A stretch of 64,000 nt of DNA from Podarcis melisellensis (lineage: Eukaryota): assembly GCA_964234715.1 (NCBI GenBank), contig OZ174282.1; one strand, given 5' to 3'. Shown in pieces: positions 33,880-46,400 of the stretch. Both the position numbers and the translations under genes were made by a program. Each line of letters opens with the position of its first letter. Within the stretch, counting starts at the first letter, position 1. The notes under the pieces are model-generated. The model was given only the letters and a program-made list of their open reading frames with translations. It did not search any database and was not told the DNA's origin.

Positions 33880-35650
33880 TTCATCTCCCCACCCGCCTTT
33901 TCCTCCTATTGTCATGTTGATCCCTTTGTCCAGAGATCCGTACAGCGCCTAGCAAATCGAAGCACCCCCCGCAGCACTGCCGGCCACGCCCCCTGTGACG
34001 TGTCCCTCCCCTCCCTACCCCTCGCCCTGCACGCTGGAAGGTCCCACGTGGACAGGATCTCCATTTATGGTCGCTGACGCGGCAGTCGCGCAGGGAACCC
34101 CCGCCTCTTTCCCCCCGCTCTTTGGTCCCGCCTCTCATAAGTCAGAGGATCCAGGAAGAGGCGCGCACAAGCTCAAGGGAGCGAAACAAGGGAGCCGCGT
34201 GGTTGGCCAGAGCCGAGAGGACCAGAGATCGAGCGAGAGAGCGCACGCTGCCTTGTCGGGTAAGGCTGATGCGGGGGCGAAGCGGGGCGCGATCCGATGC
34301 GGGGTTCTTTACTCCGGGTACCTCTTTTTCCCCCGAGAGAGCTGGAGTTTTTTTCTTCCTTCTCCTTCCAGGAGAGTGTTTGGCGGTTGCGATGGGAAAA
34401 CTATTTCTGGGATTCTGGGTTTTTTCAAGGGATTGGTGCGCTAGAACCTCTTTCTTCCTAAAACGTTTCCCATAGAGTTTCCTCTTTCCACCGAATTAAG
34501 GCCCCCGATCCGGTTGGTTTTCTGTTTAGCGAGTGTGTTTGGCTTTACCCCCGAATTTCTCCTTTTCCCCTCCTTCCGCACTCCCCGATCGTCTAACTTT
34601 TTTCTCCCTGATATTCCCTCCCCTCTCCCCAACCAAAATTTCATTTCTGCCTGTCCTACTATCCAGACCCGACCCAAACATTCCTGGCCTCGCACCGACG
34701 ACACTCCCCCCCACCCCCGCGGAGAATTATTGCTTAGCTGTCCGGTTTTCTTTTAAAATTACTTTTTATTTCCCGCGAACACACTCGATCCCTGTCCTTG
34801 CCGAAACCTTTCCTCAGTGGATTTGATATCTCCGTCCCTAGATATAGGGATCGGGTCCGGGGTTGGGGGAGAGGTCGTGTAGGATCCCCCCCCTTCTCCA
34901 GTCCCCAACCCACTTTAAATTCCCCATCGCTGGTATTTTCTATTGCTGGCATTGCTTTCTGTGCCTGTGCCGCTCTCCCCCCCCCCCCCGCACAGTTTCA
35001 TCCTCCAGATCTGACTCAATCCTGCTTCATCTTATCGTCCCCGCCGGAGCCATCCTGGCACTACACCGGCGACCACCTCCACTCCATGCGCATTCCCACC
35101 CCTAATTCCCGGGCGGCCTCATAACATGCGTCCCGTCTTTAACATTAGCACACCTCAAATCTACCTGAACTTTGCGTCCGTCTGTCTGTCTGTCTCGCGT
35201 TCTATTGCCCTGTCTGGTTCCCAAATCCTTCTTCCCTCTTCCCCTTCCGAGTCTATTCCTCCCCCCGCTCCGCTTTCACATGGCTCGTGGCGCCTTAAAG
35301 GTTGATGCACGACCCTCCCCGTGCCCATCGGAAGGACGCGCAGAGTTCAGGGGGTCTCCAGGGACGTGCGTAAAGGATTTGCAGCCTTGGAGTGCTCCAA
35401 AGACTCCCCTGTGTTTAGACTACCGACTCCTTCGGCAGTGACCTTTCCTCCTGCCCCTATCTCGACACCCCATATTCTCCCCCTTCCCCGACCTCGGTAC
35501 CCACTTCCCCCAGGTTACCGATTGCCAACCCACTCTCTGCGTATTTCCTCCTCTGACGCTCTTTATCGCCTTCCTGCTGATGAAACTGTCCTGTAGTTTG
35601 TTTTGCAACTTTCATTTAGATCAGTGCGTGGGGTGAGAAGGGAGACCGGC
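33880..35650 (+). promoter_or_regulatory. CpG island / promoter of the BTG-family gene
   Basis: Sharp rise in CpG density against CpG-poor flanks. Contains GC/KLF boxes (GGCCACGCCCC ~33982, CCCGCCTC), CRE-like TGACGT 33996, E-box CACGTG 34045, CArG CCATTTATGG 34061-34070 and kB-like GGGAACCCCC 34093. Confidence 0.8.
34165..34259 (+). other. Probable non-coding exon 1 of the BTG-family gene (start approximate)
   Basis: Lies downstream of the promoter motifs and a CATAA element (34136), and ends in the strong donor CGG|GTAAGG at 34260. The next acceptor with ATG is at 43220. BTG3/BTG4 also have non-coding first exons. Confidence 0.6.
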
Positions 35651-37784
35651 CTTTGCCTCTCCCCTCCCTCGCTCCGCTGGGAACTTTATTGTTAAACAAA
35701 TTGTTAAACGCATTCCTATTCTCCCTCCTGCGTGATTTGGCCGGTGAGTTGTGTGTGGGTCTCTTGGTGGTTGTTTGTTTTGATGTTGTGCAGGAAGCTC
35801 AGGTGGGGAGAGCTGTCTTGCTTGGTAGCTTCTCTGGGCATCTGGGGTTGGTCAGATCCACCTGCAGAACTCTTCTTACGTTTTCAGTTGCCGATTCCTT
35901 GTTTTACACCCTCTGTTGTGCTAATAGAGGAGAATTCTATGTTGCTCAGGAAAGTTTGGGGAGGTGTACTGCTCCGTGGAAATGGTGTTCCCCTTGAAAG
36001 ACACATTATCAGACAAGGAATTGTGTCTTTCAATGGAGCTCCATTTTCAGGGAGAACATACACCCCACAAGTATATAAATGCTAAGCAGATTTCAAGATG
36101 TTTTTAGGACAGGGTGTAATGGGACTGCAAATCCATTTGTACATTTGCTAAGGAATTGGGGGTTGTCTTTAGCTACCTGCTGAGTCCAGATTTCCCATTA
36201 TGCGGTGTGGATTTGTACCTGTCGGCAATGCAATCAATATGGCTTGTTTATATACCTTCTTTAAAAGTTACATTTTGGGGGCATTGTTTTTGGGATTCTC
36301 TCCCTGATGAATGTGTTTGACTTGCACAAGACTGGATCAAAGAGTTTGTTGCAGAGCTGAGATCTAAATATTAGGCTTTTTTAGGGTTAGTATGTGCAGT
36401 ACATTGTTGTTTGGTCCCTGTGAGTTGTTCTGACCATTCCTGGGTCACTTTGCATGTGTGTGTGTATCTGGGATGTCAGGTGGAGAGATGCTATATTGAG
36501 GCATATTCATGGATGTTCTGGCAAGTGGACAAATCAAATGCAGTATAAATAGCTTTGCATGCAGGAAAGTTGTTAAGTATAGGGAAGTTTTTAATGGTTT
36601 ATATTGGTTGTATATGTGTTGTAAGCCACCCAGAGTGGCTGGGGAAACCCAGCCAGATAGATGGGCTATAAAAAAATAAAATTTTTATTATTGCTATTAT
36701 TATTATCTTCAAGTGTCTCAATCCTCTGCAGCCCTCCAGATGTGGTTGACTCCAATTCCCATCAGCCCTAGGCAGCATGACCAATGGCCAGGGGATGATG
36801 GAAGTTGTAGTCTAGCAACAGTCTGAGTGTTCCCAGTTTCCCCATCATTTCCCATTTTCTTGAGGAGGGAAAGAATCTCAAAATTCCTAGTGGGTTACTC
36901 CGGTTTCAGATGTTGCGATGTGTTGCATTTTGGTGTCTCTGCTGGATAGCATTTATTTTTTTCATCATGGTCTTGCTACCTTTGGATCCAAATATGCATT
37001 CAGGGACCATTCTGTATGTACTTTGCATGGCGACAGTCCTGCTATCGCAACCCCCCTGGTAGCAAGCTGTGACCCAGTAGTAGTAGCTCTTTCCTGCCCA
37101 CAAGCTAAAGCTAAATGGTGCATTTGGGGAAGTGGTTGCCTAAAAGGCCTGGCAGTAAACATCTCTTGGGGTGCATTTGTTCCTTCCAGGCAGCATGAAT
37201 TCCTGAATATCTGTTAAAGCCCTATCCCCCCTCCCTAAAAAGATAACCAAACAGAAAAGGTGCCCCTTAGCATTAAAAGCCTGCTAAGTCACATTTGTGA
37301 AGGGCCATTGTTGATGGGCTTAGATAAGGTGTCTGAAGGCTTTCTCTTTTTATCTGCTGTGTGTCTCACCCTGATTTTGGAATGACCACTGCAATGCATA
37401 GCTTGGAGCCTCCTATATAGCCTCTCATTTGCATTTTTTTTAAAAAAATCAATTGTTTCCTAATGGCTCCTGTATTGCCTGCCCCAGGAGAGGGTGGATC
37501 TTGCTAAATTAGCATCTGTATCACAAGGTTTCTAAATAGCCATTGGACAGCTGCTGGTAGACCAAACAATTAATTTGTCTGCACTTTTGGGAGGGTTGAG
37601 GTTGAATCATTCCTTATCAACCTTGCACTTTCCAGATGTTTCGGGGGAGAATTCCCATCAGGGTGCTGGAAGAGGCTAATGGGAATCGTAGTCCAATGCA
37701 TCTGGAGGGAGGCCCCAGGCTAAATAAATCTGTCTTGTGTTCAGTTGCTTGCTGTTTTATAGCTTCTGGATTAATGTTTTAGCC

Positions 37785-37920
37785 CAGGCATAGGCAAACT
37801 GGGCCCTCCAGATGTTTTGGGACTACAACTCCCATCATCCCTGACCACTGGTCCTGTTAGCCAGGGATGATGGGAGTTGTAGTCCCAAAACATCTGGAGG
37901 GCCCAGTTTGCCTATGCCTG
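37785..37920. mobile_element. Fold-back hAT-like MITE with perfect 59-bp inverted arms (a second, more diverged copy follows at ~37936-38066)
   Basis: 37785-37843 is the exact reverse complement of 37862-37920. TSD (t/c)TTTAGCC. Confidence 0.9.
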
Positions 37921-38856
37921 CTTTAGCCTCTAGAACTGGGCTTCCCAAACTTGGGTCTCCAGCTGCTTTTGAACTACAATTCCCATAATCCCTAGCTGGC
38001 TGGTCAGGGATGATGGGAATTGTGGTCCCAAACACAGCTGTAGACCCAAGTTTGATGAAACCCTGATCTAGAAGCATAGTTATTGTTTGCAATGCCTGGG
38101 TTATAAATAGGATAACCTCCATATGTGCATAGCCACCAGAATATCATAATAAAACCACACATACAGAGTAGATCATAGACCATAAAATTGTACAGTTGAA
38201 AGGGACCCCAGGGGTCATCTAGTCCAACCCCCTGCAATGCAGGAATCTCCACACACTGTCCTCCATCCAGTTTTGAAACCAGACTCTGCTTAGCTTTGCA
38301 AACAATACTGGTATTACTTAGTGTGCTTCCTAGGTGTAGGAACATCTCAGTGGTACTTAAACTAACCTTGGAAAGTAGGCCAGTGTGATTTCCTCTTGTA
38401 CTGTGGATTGTGCAAGGCGGGGAACACTGAAGTGGAGAGGAATGGTGCCTTGCAAGAACCCATTCAGTAAGTTTGCAAACAGAGCTGGTTATGTATGTTT
38501 TGAATGGAGGCTTTCCTTCCTGGGTACGGACTGTTTGGCCAAACATTTGTTTTTATTTTAAAAGATGTATAAACGGCTTTATCGGGAATGTATCCTTCCT
38601 CTCTGCCTTGGTGAGGAGCCTTACGAGTTAGCTGGCATTGAAAAGAGGATGGAGTAGGAACGATTTGCTTTTTGTTCCCCGTGAGGAAAGCGAAAGAGGG
38701 AAGTGGGAAAAGCCCCTCTGCCCAAAAATTCCTGTGGGGTGAGGCAATTGGGAAATCATTTTCCAGAATCCCCTTTATTTGGGGAGGGCAGAAGAGAGCA
38801 TAAAGGAATTCCCAGTTCACCTTTTCACTTAGGTTGAGTGGGAAATGACTGACAAA

Positions 38857-38858
<2 letters not shown>

Positions 38859-38890
<32 letters not shown>
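38859..38890. repeat. (GT)n microsatellite
   Basis: About 16 GT units. Confidence 0.95.
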
Positions 38891-38891
<1 letters not shown>

Positions 38892-41800
38892 TAGGTCTAG
38901 GAACAGGTGTCAGATTTGGCTTTGGCAGTTGAAAAACAGCAGGTGCTCAGGCAGCAACCGTGACTTAGTTTGGGTGTGTGTGTCTCTGCGTTAAAGTTGG
39001 GCCATCTGAGGTCCTAGGGCAGGTGTGTGGGGATCCTTGGCCCTCCAGATGTTGTTGAACTGTGACTCCCATCACTCTTGGCCATTACCTGTGCTTTCTG
39101 GGGCTGATGGGAGTCATAGTCTAGCAACATCTAAAGGCCAAGGACCCCCCAGACCTGAGTTACAATCTGGTTCCAAAATTTGATAATTGTGGGGCTGAAA
39201 TGAGCCCCAAAGTGGAACTGATCACATTTTAAGTGATCCAAAAAATCTGGATTTTATTTTTTTTAATGTTGTGTTTCTCAGGTTTAAAAAAATGTTTTTA
39301 GGGTAGATTTCCTTTTTTTCTTTTTTTAAAAGATAGTTATTAAGGTTTTACAAAAAGAAAAAAGGATACAGAATAAAGAAAAGGAAAAATACAAAAAGTA
39401 CAAAAATACATAGAAAAAAAATGCAAAATACAAAGAAAATATATAGAAAACAGTTAAAAACAAATCAATCTTTTCATATCTTAGATTTCATTTACTTATT
39501 TCCTTGACCTCCTCACACCTCCCTTTTTTGTATTCCAGTTCACATGGTTAATTCAGCAAATCCTTACCCTCTTTGTTTTTATCTTAATTCTATATCTTAA
39601 CATATTATGTTAAGGGTAGATTTTCAGGCTTCCCTGGTGGAGGCAGAATTTTTTATTTCTGGTTTTGGTGATCCTGTGAGTAATGTGCATATATGTCTTG
39701 CCAGGAATTGAAGCTTGCTTTTCCACCCCAGGATTAGCTTCCACTTCCAGAGTAGTTTGTGGGACCCCAATGTGCTCCGCAATGTTTACCATTTCCAGGA
39801 AGCCGCTTTGTGTCATTGTTTTGGCTCGCTCTCCCTATGATATCATTTGATTTTTTTCTTTCAATGTGACTCTTGAGTCTGTGATAAACGCAGGTGAGCT
39901 GATAGACGCTGCAGATAGCTTGCTGAGCTAATGATACTTGGCAGGTTTTGTGGCTTGGAGGGGTGAGGTGGGTGAACGCTTAAAAACAGGTGCCTTCCCT
40001 CCTCCTTACAGCCTTGGGACCTGTGTAATGGCTTGCCTTTCTGGCATATAATGCCGTGCGTTATTCTTGTTATCTGTCCAGCAAGTGTCTTGCTCAGGTG
40101 CGGGGAGGGGTGGGGCCCTCCTGGCCATGTTTGCTGGAGTTGGTGGCCGTTGTGGTTTAGCACCATCTGTTCCTCACACCTGGCGTTGCTGCTGCAACTT
40201 TCTCCTTTGTTATCCTCAAGACTAGCCTGTAAGGTGCTATAATCCAGGCTTTTCTTTGATGGCTGTCATTCAGGACCAGACAGGCGAGGTGGCCTGCTTC
40301 GGATGTCTGATCCCTGCACTCTTTCAAAAGAGATGCAGATGGTCCGTTAAACGACTGATGGTTATTTTTTCCTGCATGTGCTTGTGAGCATACCTACACA
40401 CGTACAAGTGCGCCAGCCTTGTGGACTTCTCCTTAAGTCCCACATCGCCTTGGACTGTCTCTGAGCACCAGAACAGGCCTGTTGTATACTGGGTGCAGTT
40501 CAAGATGCTGTGCTTCTAAGGCCTACACTGCAGGGCTGGGGGACAAGTGCCCTTCCAGGTGATGTTGAGTTCCAACCCCTATCAACCCTGGCCCTGGGGG
40601 TGATAGGAACTGTAGACCAGCAGCAACTGGAGGCAGTGTTTGCCGGGCAAATTTTGCACCGGGCTATTGGCCACTTGTGGTGCCTGATGTCTCTGGAGGT
40701 GCATGCCTGGGGATCTTAGGATCTTGCCTGTTTCCACATCCTGTAGAATTTTATCAATGATATTTTATCTTCGCAATCAGAAGAAATTTCAGGAAGCAAA
40801 AAGACTCACGAGCTATTGGGCCCCTAACTGGCAAGTAGACATTCCGTTTTGGAGACCCTGGTTTGGAGACCATTTGGCGCCTAGCTTATATATCTGGGTT
40901 TTTAAAAGTGTGGCATCTAGACTAGCTATCCAGGATCATAGGAAACTCCTGTTATGGCCGTAGCTTGCCTGCTTTGGATGCAGAAATTTCCAGGTTCAAC
41001 TCCCAACATTGGGCTGGGAGAAAGATCTCTGTCCAAAAGAGGAACCCAAGGTGTGACCCTGTTTATAAGTCATGTTTGGTTTTAACTCATGTGCTCCTAT
41101 ATAGATTCTGCCCACATTTCACTCAGCTGACGGTTCTTGTAGATTCGACTCTGCGGGGGCAGAACCTGCCTCCGTGTGTTTTGGAAGCATAGGGCTGGGG
41201 TTATGATGGACAACAACATTGACCATTATTTCCTGATTTGCAACATTCATTTGCCTCTCTCTCTAGCCAAGCTAAACACAGCTGGGTGCAAGGGAGCCTT
41301 CTTTCTGCATCAACAAACCATAAATCTCTTGCCTTGCCCCAACTGCCTTGTGCAAGAGATCACAGCTTTGTACGGATGTGTGTGAGCGCCTGCAGACGTA
41401 CCCAGTCACGTGCCAGTGTTGATAGGAAGAGGTTGGCAGCCCACACATGGCCCTTTCTCTTTTTGTTTTGCTGCTTCGAGGCCCAGCCCCTCGTGTTGCA
41501 ACCTTTTGCAACCAACTCAGTGTGTACTTCTGTGTCCTGTCAATGGCAGGTAATCTGCTTGCAACAAGCTGTTCCCGGAAACTGAGCGGGTCAGCCCAGC
41601 AGGGGGAAGAGCGTGTGCATACAAAATGGCATGGCTGAGGATCCAGACAGTGGTTGTTCTTATCTGGAGTGTGTGTGCTGTTTGGGTGGGGGTAGCTGAT
41701 TGGCAAGGGAAGTAGAATTCTTGGTACCATCAATATCAATCGAGAGAACTAGCAGACTGTAGGGCAGGTAGCTTTGGCAAATGGTACTCTAAAAACCTAG

Positions 41801-43243
41801 GTTACAGTCACCAAAATGGAATGTCTAGGGGCCATTTCCACTTCTCCCCGTGAATAATCTTCTTCTTCTCCTTGCTTTACTTTACTTTTCTTGTTCTTCA
41901 TTATCATCATCTATACTGCTCTATATTTTAAAGGAAAACTCTCAAAGCAGTTTACAACCCGTTAAGCCATCAAATAAAACAATTCAGAACAAGACAAATT
42001 CAAACTTCAAGGAAAATATCTAAGATCCTTCTCTAAAGTGATGTTTTGCCTTCCTCATATTTCTTAACCTGCTTAATTTATAGAGCTTGCCCTATAGCAG
42101 AAGTACCCTAGGAAGCCAGGGTCGCAGTGTAGGACTTGTAAGGCCAGGGTTCAAATCCCCGGACTCTGCCATGAAGCTCACTTGGGCCAGTTACAGCCCC
42201 ATAACCTACCTCACAGGGTCGTTGTTTGGATTAATTGAGGAGGTGGGTGAACAGTCTACTGCTTGGAGAAAAAAAGCGGGATGTAAATGAAATAAATAAG
42301 CTTCTTCTGAAGAAAGCTGGAGGGGTTGGCCAGATGGAGATGTCAGACACCAGCCTGGCATTCAGAGATCTCCACGTGGTGCCATTTCGTGATTAGATTA
42401 TATACCTGAGTTTCTGACACTGAGTGGGCCTTGTGAACTTCGTTAAGGGCCTTCTCACCCACCTTCTTCATGGTTCTCCTTAACTAAGAAGGCTCCCCCT
42501 TCCCCTTTTTAAAAAAGATAAGGGACTTAGTTTTTGACCCCTTTCCTCTAGGGCATAGGGGAGTGTTGTAGTTAAGAGACATGTTTGTTATTGATAAGGG
42601 TGTTGACCCACAAGCATTCACCCCCCTCCCAAATGCCCTTTTGGCTGTGTTGTAATTCTCATCCTCCTCCTTGAGCCAAGGATGGATGGGTTGTGTGAAT
42701 TGTAGCAAGCTAGAGAGTCCTAGATGGCCACAAGGCAGCCCACTGCAACACCACCTTGTCCAAAAGTTCTGGAGCCAGTGTTTTGTCAAAAAGGTTGCCT
42801 ACTCAGCTGAATTGGTCTGGGACTGACAGGGCAGACGGGGTTGGGCTATAGGACCTCTGACCTCTGGGTGCCCCCTGACCGCTGCTGTTCATCTGTGTGC
42901 CCGGTCCATTGTTATTACCCGCTTGCAAGAGCCCTGATGTAACAGCCCTGCAAGCTCTGCCTCGGTGACTCACTTCTGCTTCATAGGCCCGAGTCACTAT
43001 TTTGTGGTCCTGGTGTTGCAAGCTTTTAGAACAAAGAGTTTCCTCGTGCTGTGCGGGAACACAGCTCTCTCTCTCGAATCTGTTCCTTGCAAATTGAAGG
43101 ACCACTTCTTTTGGCACAAAGTGACTTTTTAGAGTTTCCCCGCTTCCTACACTGGAGCACTTGGCTGCTTTCTTTGTAGGGCTCATTTGCTGAATGGGGT
43201 TTCTTCTTTTCTCCCCCAGGACGTACACAGCGAAGGGCCCAAG

Positions 43244-43416
43244 ATGAAGGAGGAAGTGGAAAAAGCAGTCTGGTTCATCTCCCGAGTGATGGATCGCGAC
43301 CGGAAGCTGGAGAAGGAGAAGTTGGAGCGTTTCAGGGAGAGCCTGGCCACGATCCTATGCGAGCGCTACAAGGACCATTGGTACCCAGACAAACCCTGCA
43401 AAGGGCAGGCTTACAG
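43244..43416 (+). CDS. BTG-like coding exon 1 (exon starts 43220; [57 protein letters not shown])
   Basis: Acceptor ttttctcccccag|, Kozak aagATGa, donor AG|GTAAGC, Box A N-part. Confidence 0.95.
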
Positions 43417-46400
43417 GTAAGCAAGGAAGTTGATTTTTTTTTTATGAACTAAAATTGGAATACTGTCAACTGATGGAAGAGCTTTCAGCAAACAGAGCCC
43501 CCATCTTTCAGATGGTTAATGGTTAAGCTGACATTCACATTGTTACCAAATATTGTGTTATTACAAAACCTCAACATTTGTGGGCTGCTGATTTTAAATT
43601 GTTTGGAAATGCACACTGTTTGTAAGCCGATTTGGGATTCATTTGAATGGAGAGCGGCATAGAAATTCACTAAATCAACTCCCTTTCTGAATGCCAACAG
43701 GCTTGTTCACACACTGCATTGGGTGAAAGAGTCTACACTTCATACAGCTCGGTGGCTGCCACACCACTGTGACAAAATTTAAGAACTTGTAATGGAAATA
43801 AGGCACATTCTCCCTCTCTTTGCCCTTGTTTTGGCTTCTTTCCTCTTCTCAGTTTCCTTCCTCTTAGAGCGGGGTGGGAGGAAGCTGTAGAATGGTTTAG
43901 GACTACAACTCTTCATCAGCCTTGGCTAGCATGGTCAGTGGTCAAGGATAATGGGAGTTGCAGGCTCAGCAGTATCTAGAGGACTGCAAGCTCCTTATTA
44001 GTGCTGAAGCTTGGATTGTAAGCTCCTCGGGGCAGGGACCTTGGTGCTATGTGAGTAAATAAACAATACACAGCTGCTTCTCCTATTTGTTCTCTGTCTT
44101 AAAAACTAAATAGGCTGAGCGTAGGCTGAGATGTGATCTATATGTGGAGCCAAACTCCCTAACGGAACCATGAGGGCTAGCTACTTGGATAAATACATTT
44201 CACATTTAAAGGAGAGAGGGGAAGGAACAGACTGAGAGCAGCGGTTATGTTCCTTGCTCTGCCTCGAGATCCCAGACATCGTTAGTCACCCTCGACTCTT
44301 GTCTGTCTGTTTGTCGAGGATGAGGCAACGATTGGATGCCTCTTTATGGCGGCAGCTGTTTGCAGAGCTAGCTGCAAAATAACTGTATTGTACCTCTCAA
44401 GGCTATTTGTATAGCTGATAGAGAACTGCGGTTTACAAACCAGTTGGCTGCTGCTACGCCTGTGTCACCCGCCTGCAGGTCAGCTGGAAGCTTTGTTTGC
44501 AAGGACTCTGTCTGGAGCTTGTTGTACTACAGATTATTACCTGGCAGTCCTTGTTTTCTAATATTACAAATTGCTGTGCACACAGAGTACCCGAGTGGCA
44601 GAGCATGTTCATTTCAAGTAAATCCTGCTGAGCTTAGTGGCAATTAATTTCTGACTTTGCGCACGCGTAGAGAACAAATGTTCGAGTCGCCAGCAAAAGT
44701 AGAAATGTTAGATTGACCCAGCAAAATTGATTTGGTTGTAGATTCTGGGCAGACAAATGCAAAGGGCGAGTAGGCAACTACAGTTCTTAATTCTGAAGTT
44801 TAAATTGTGACTTGCTGGTGAAGGACGGGCAATAAAAACAATAAGTCTAATAATAATAAGAAGGGATTATGGTCTATGTGTATTGCATAATTTCGTGGAT
44901 CTAGGGTTTCCCCCCATTGTGTTTACAAAAATGCATTCAAAATGCTAATTCAACAGCGCAGGAAATGATTGTATTCAAAATGTGAAAATGGAAGTGCTGG
45001 CAACCTTGAATATGTATAAATAGCTGGTTTGCCTCTCTTAAGTAGACTTAAAAGGCTCTTCAGTTTCTGACAAAGCTACATCGCAGATTTCTTTAGAGGA
45101 AATGAATATGAGCAAACCATGCTAATTTTCTTGGGTGTCTGGGTGGTTCTCCCCATTATGGGAATGTAGGTTTACCTGCTGCGCCTGATCACCGAATCTT
45201 GTTCTAAATCTAAGCCGTTTCTGCATTGTCTCTGCATCCTCGCAGGTGCATCCGAATCAACAGGCAGTATACCAAGGATGATGCCATCCTGAAAGCTTGT
45301 ATGGAGAGTGGTCTCAATTACTCGGAATTGACGTTGAAAGGCGAAATTACAATCTGGATTGATCCTGGCGAGGTTTCCTGCAGGTGAGTGCATTCGACGG
45401 AACCGTCCCTTTAAAAAAGCAACAACCCCATAGGTGAGTTGTAATAGAAAGCACCCTTTGAAAGAGGGATTCCCCTTTGTGTTGTGTAAAGTACTTACGC
45501 TAAAAGTTGAATTTTTAATTGAGCACCAATAATTCTTGTTCGCTGTGGGTTAAACCACAGAGCCTAGGACTTGCCAATAAGAAGGTCAGTGGATCGAATC
45601 CCCGTGAAGGGGTGAGCTCCCATTGCTCGGTCCCTGCTCCTGCCAACCTAGCAGTTCGAAAGCATGTCAAAGTGCAAGTAGATAAATAGGTGCCACTCTA
45701 GCAGGAAGGTAAACGGCGTTTCCGTGCGCTGCTCTGGTTTGCCAGAAGCAGCTTAGTCATGCTGGCCACATGACCCGGAAGCTGTAGGCCGGCTCCCTCG
45801 ACCAATAAAGCGAAATGAGCGCCGCAACCCCATGGTCGGTCACGGCTGGACCTAATGGTCAGGGATCCCTTTATCTTTACCTTTTTAATTCTTGCTTTTT
45901 GTTCAACCCAGTAATTTCTTTGAAGCACCCCCGTCCTTCAGATGAGCAACTTATAAGAGCGGTTTTAAAGCTTGCAATTCGTTTAGCTGGTTGTCTTTTT
46001 CAAACTTGGGGCACCAGTAGAAGCTCGTATAACTTATCCAGTAAATGGATTTTCATTTCCTTCTTTATTTCCATACGCCCCAACCACAGTACAAAAGTAA
46101 GATTGATTAAATACAAATTAGCCCCCCTCCCTGCTTGAACAGCATTTCAGGATTTAGATTACGTTTCTCTAAAGCACAGTATTGACTAAATACAGGATTA
46201 AGGACATTCTGTTTAACATAATATTCGATCTACTATAATACTAACTTTTCCTTTACGGCATTCATTGTTTTCTATAACGTGTGATTAAAACAAATGTCCC
46301 CATTCACTGGATCCACATTCGAGCTTTCTCGATTCACCTTGCATTTTCCATTAAAAAGATCAAGCCATCATTGGAACTGTTCTCTGCTTGCAAAATAAAA

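Noticed and set aside
33881-35997. Cluster of 60-150 aa ORFs on both strands
   Set aside because: A by-product of GC-rich CpG-island composition, with no homology signal.
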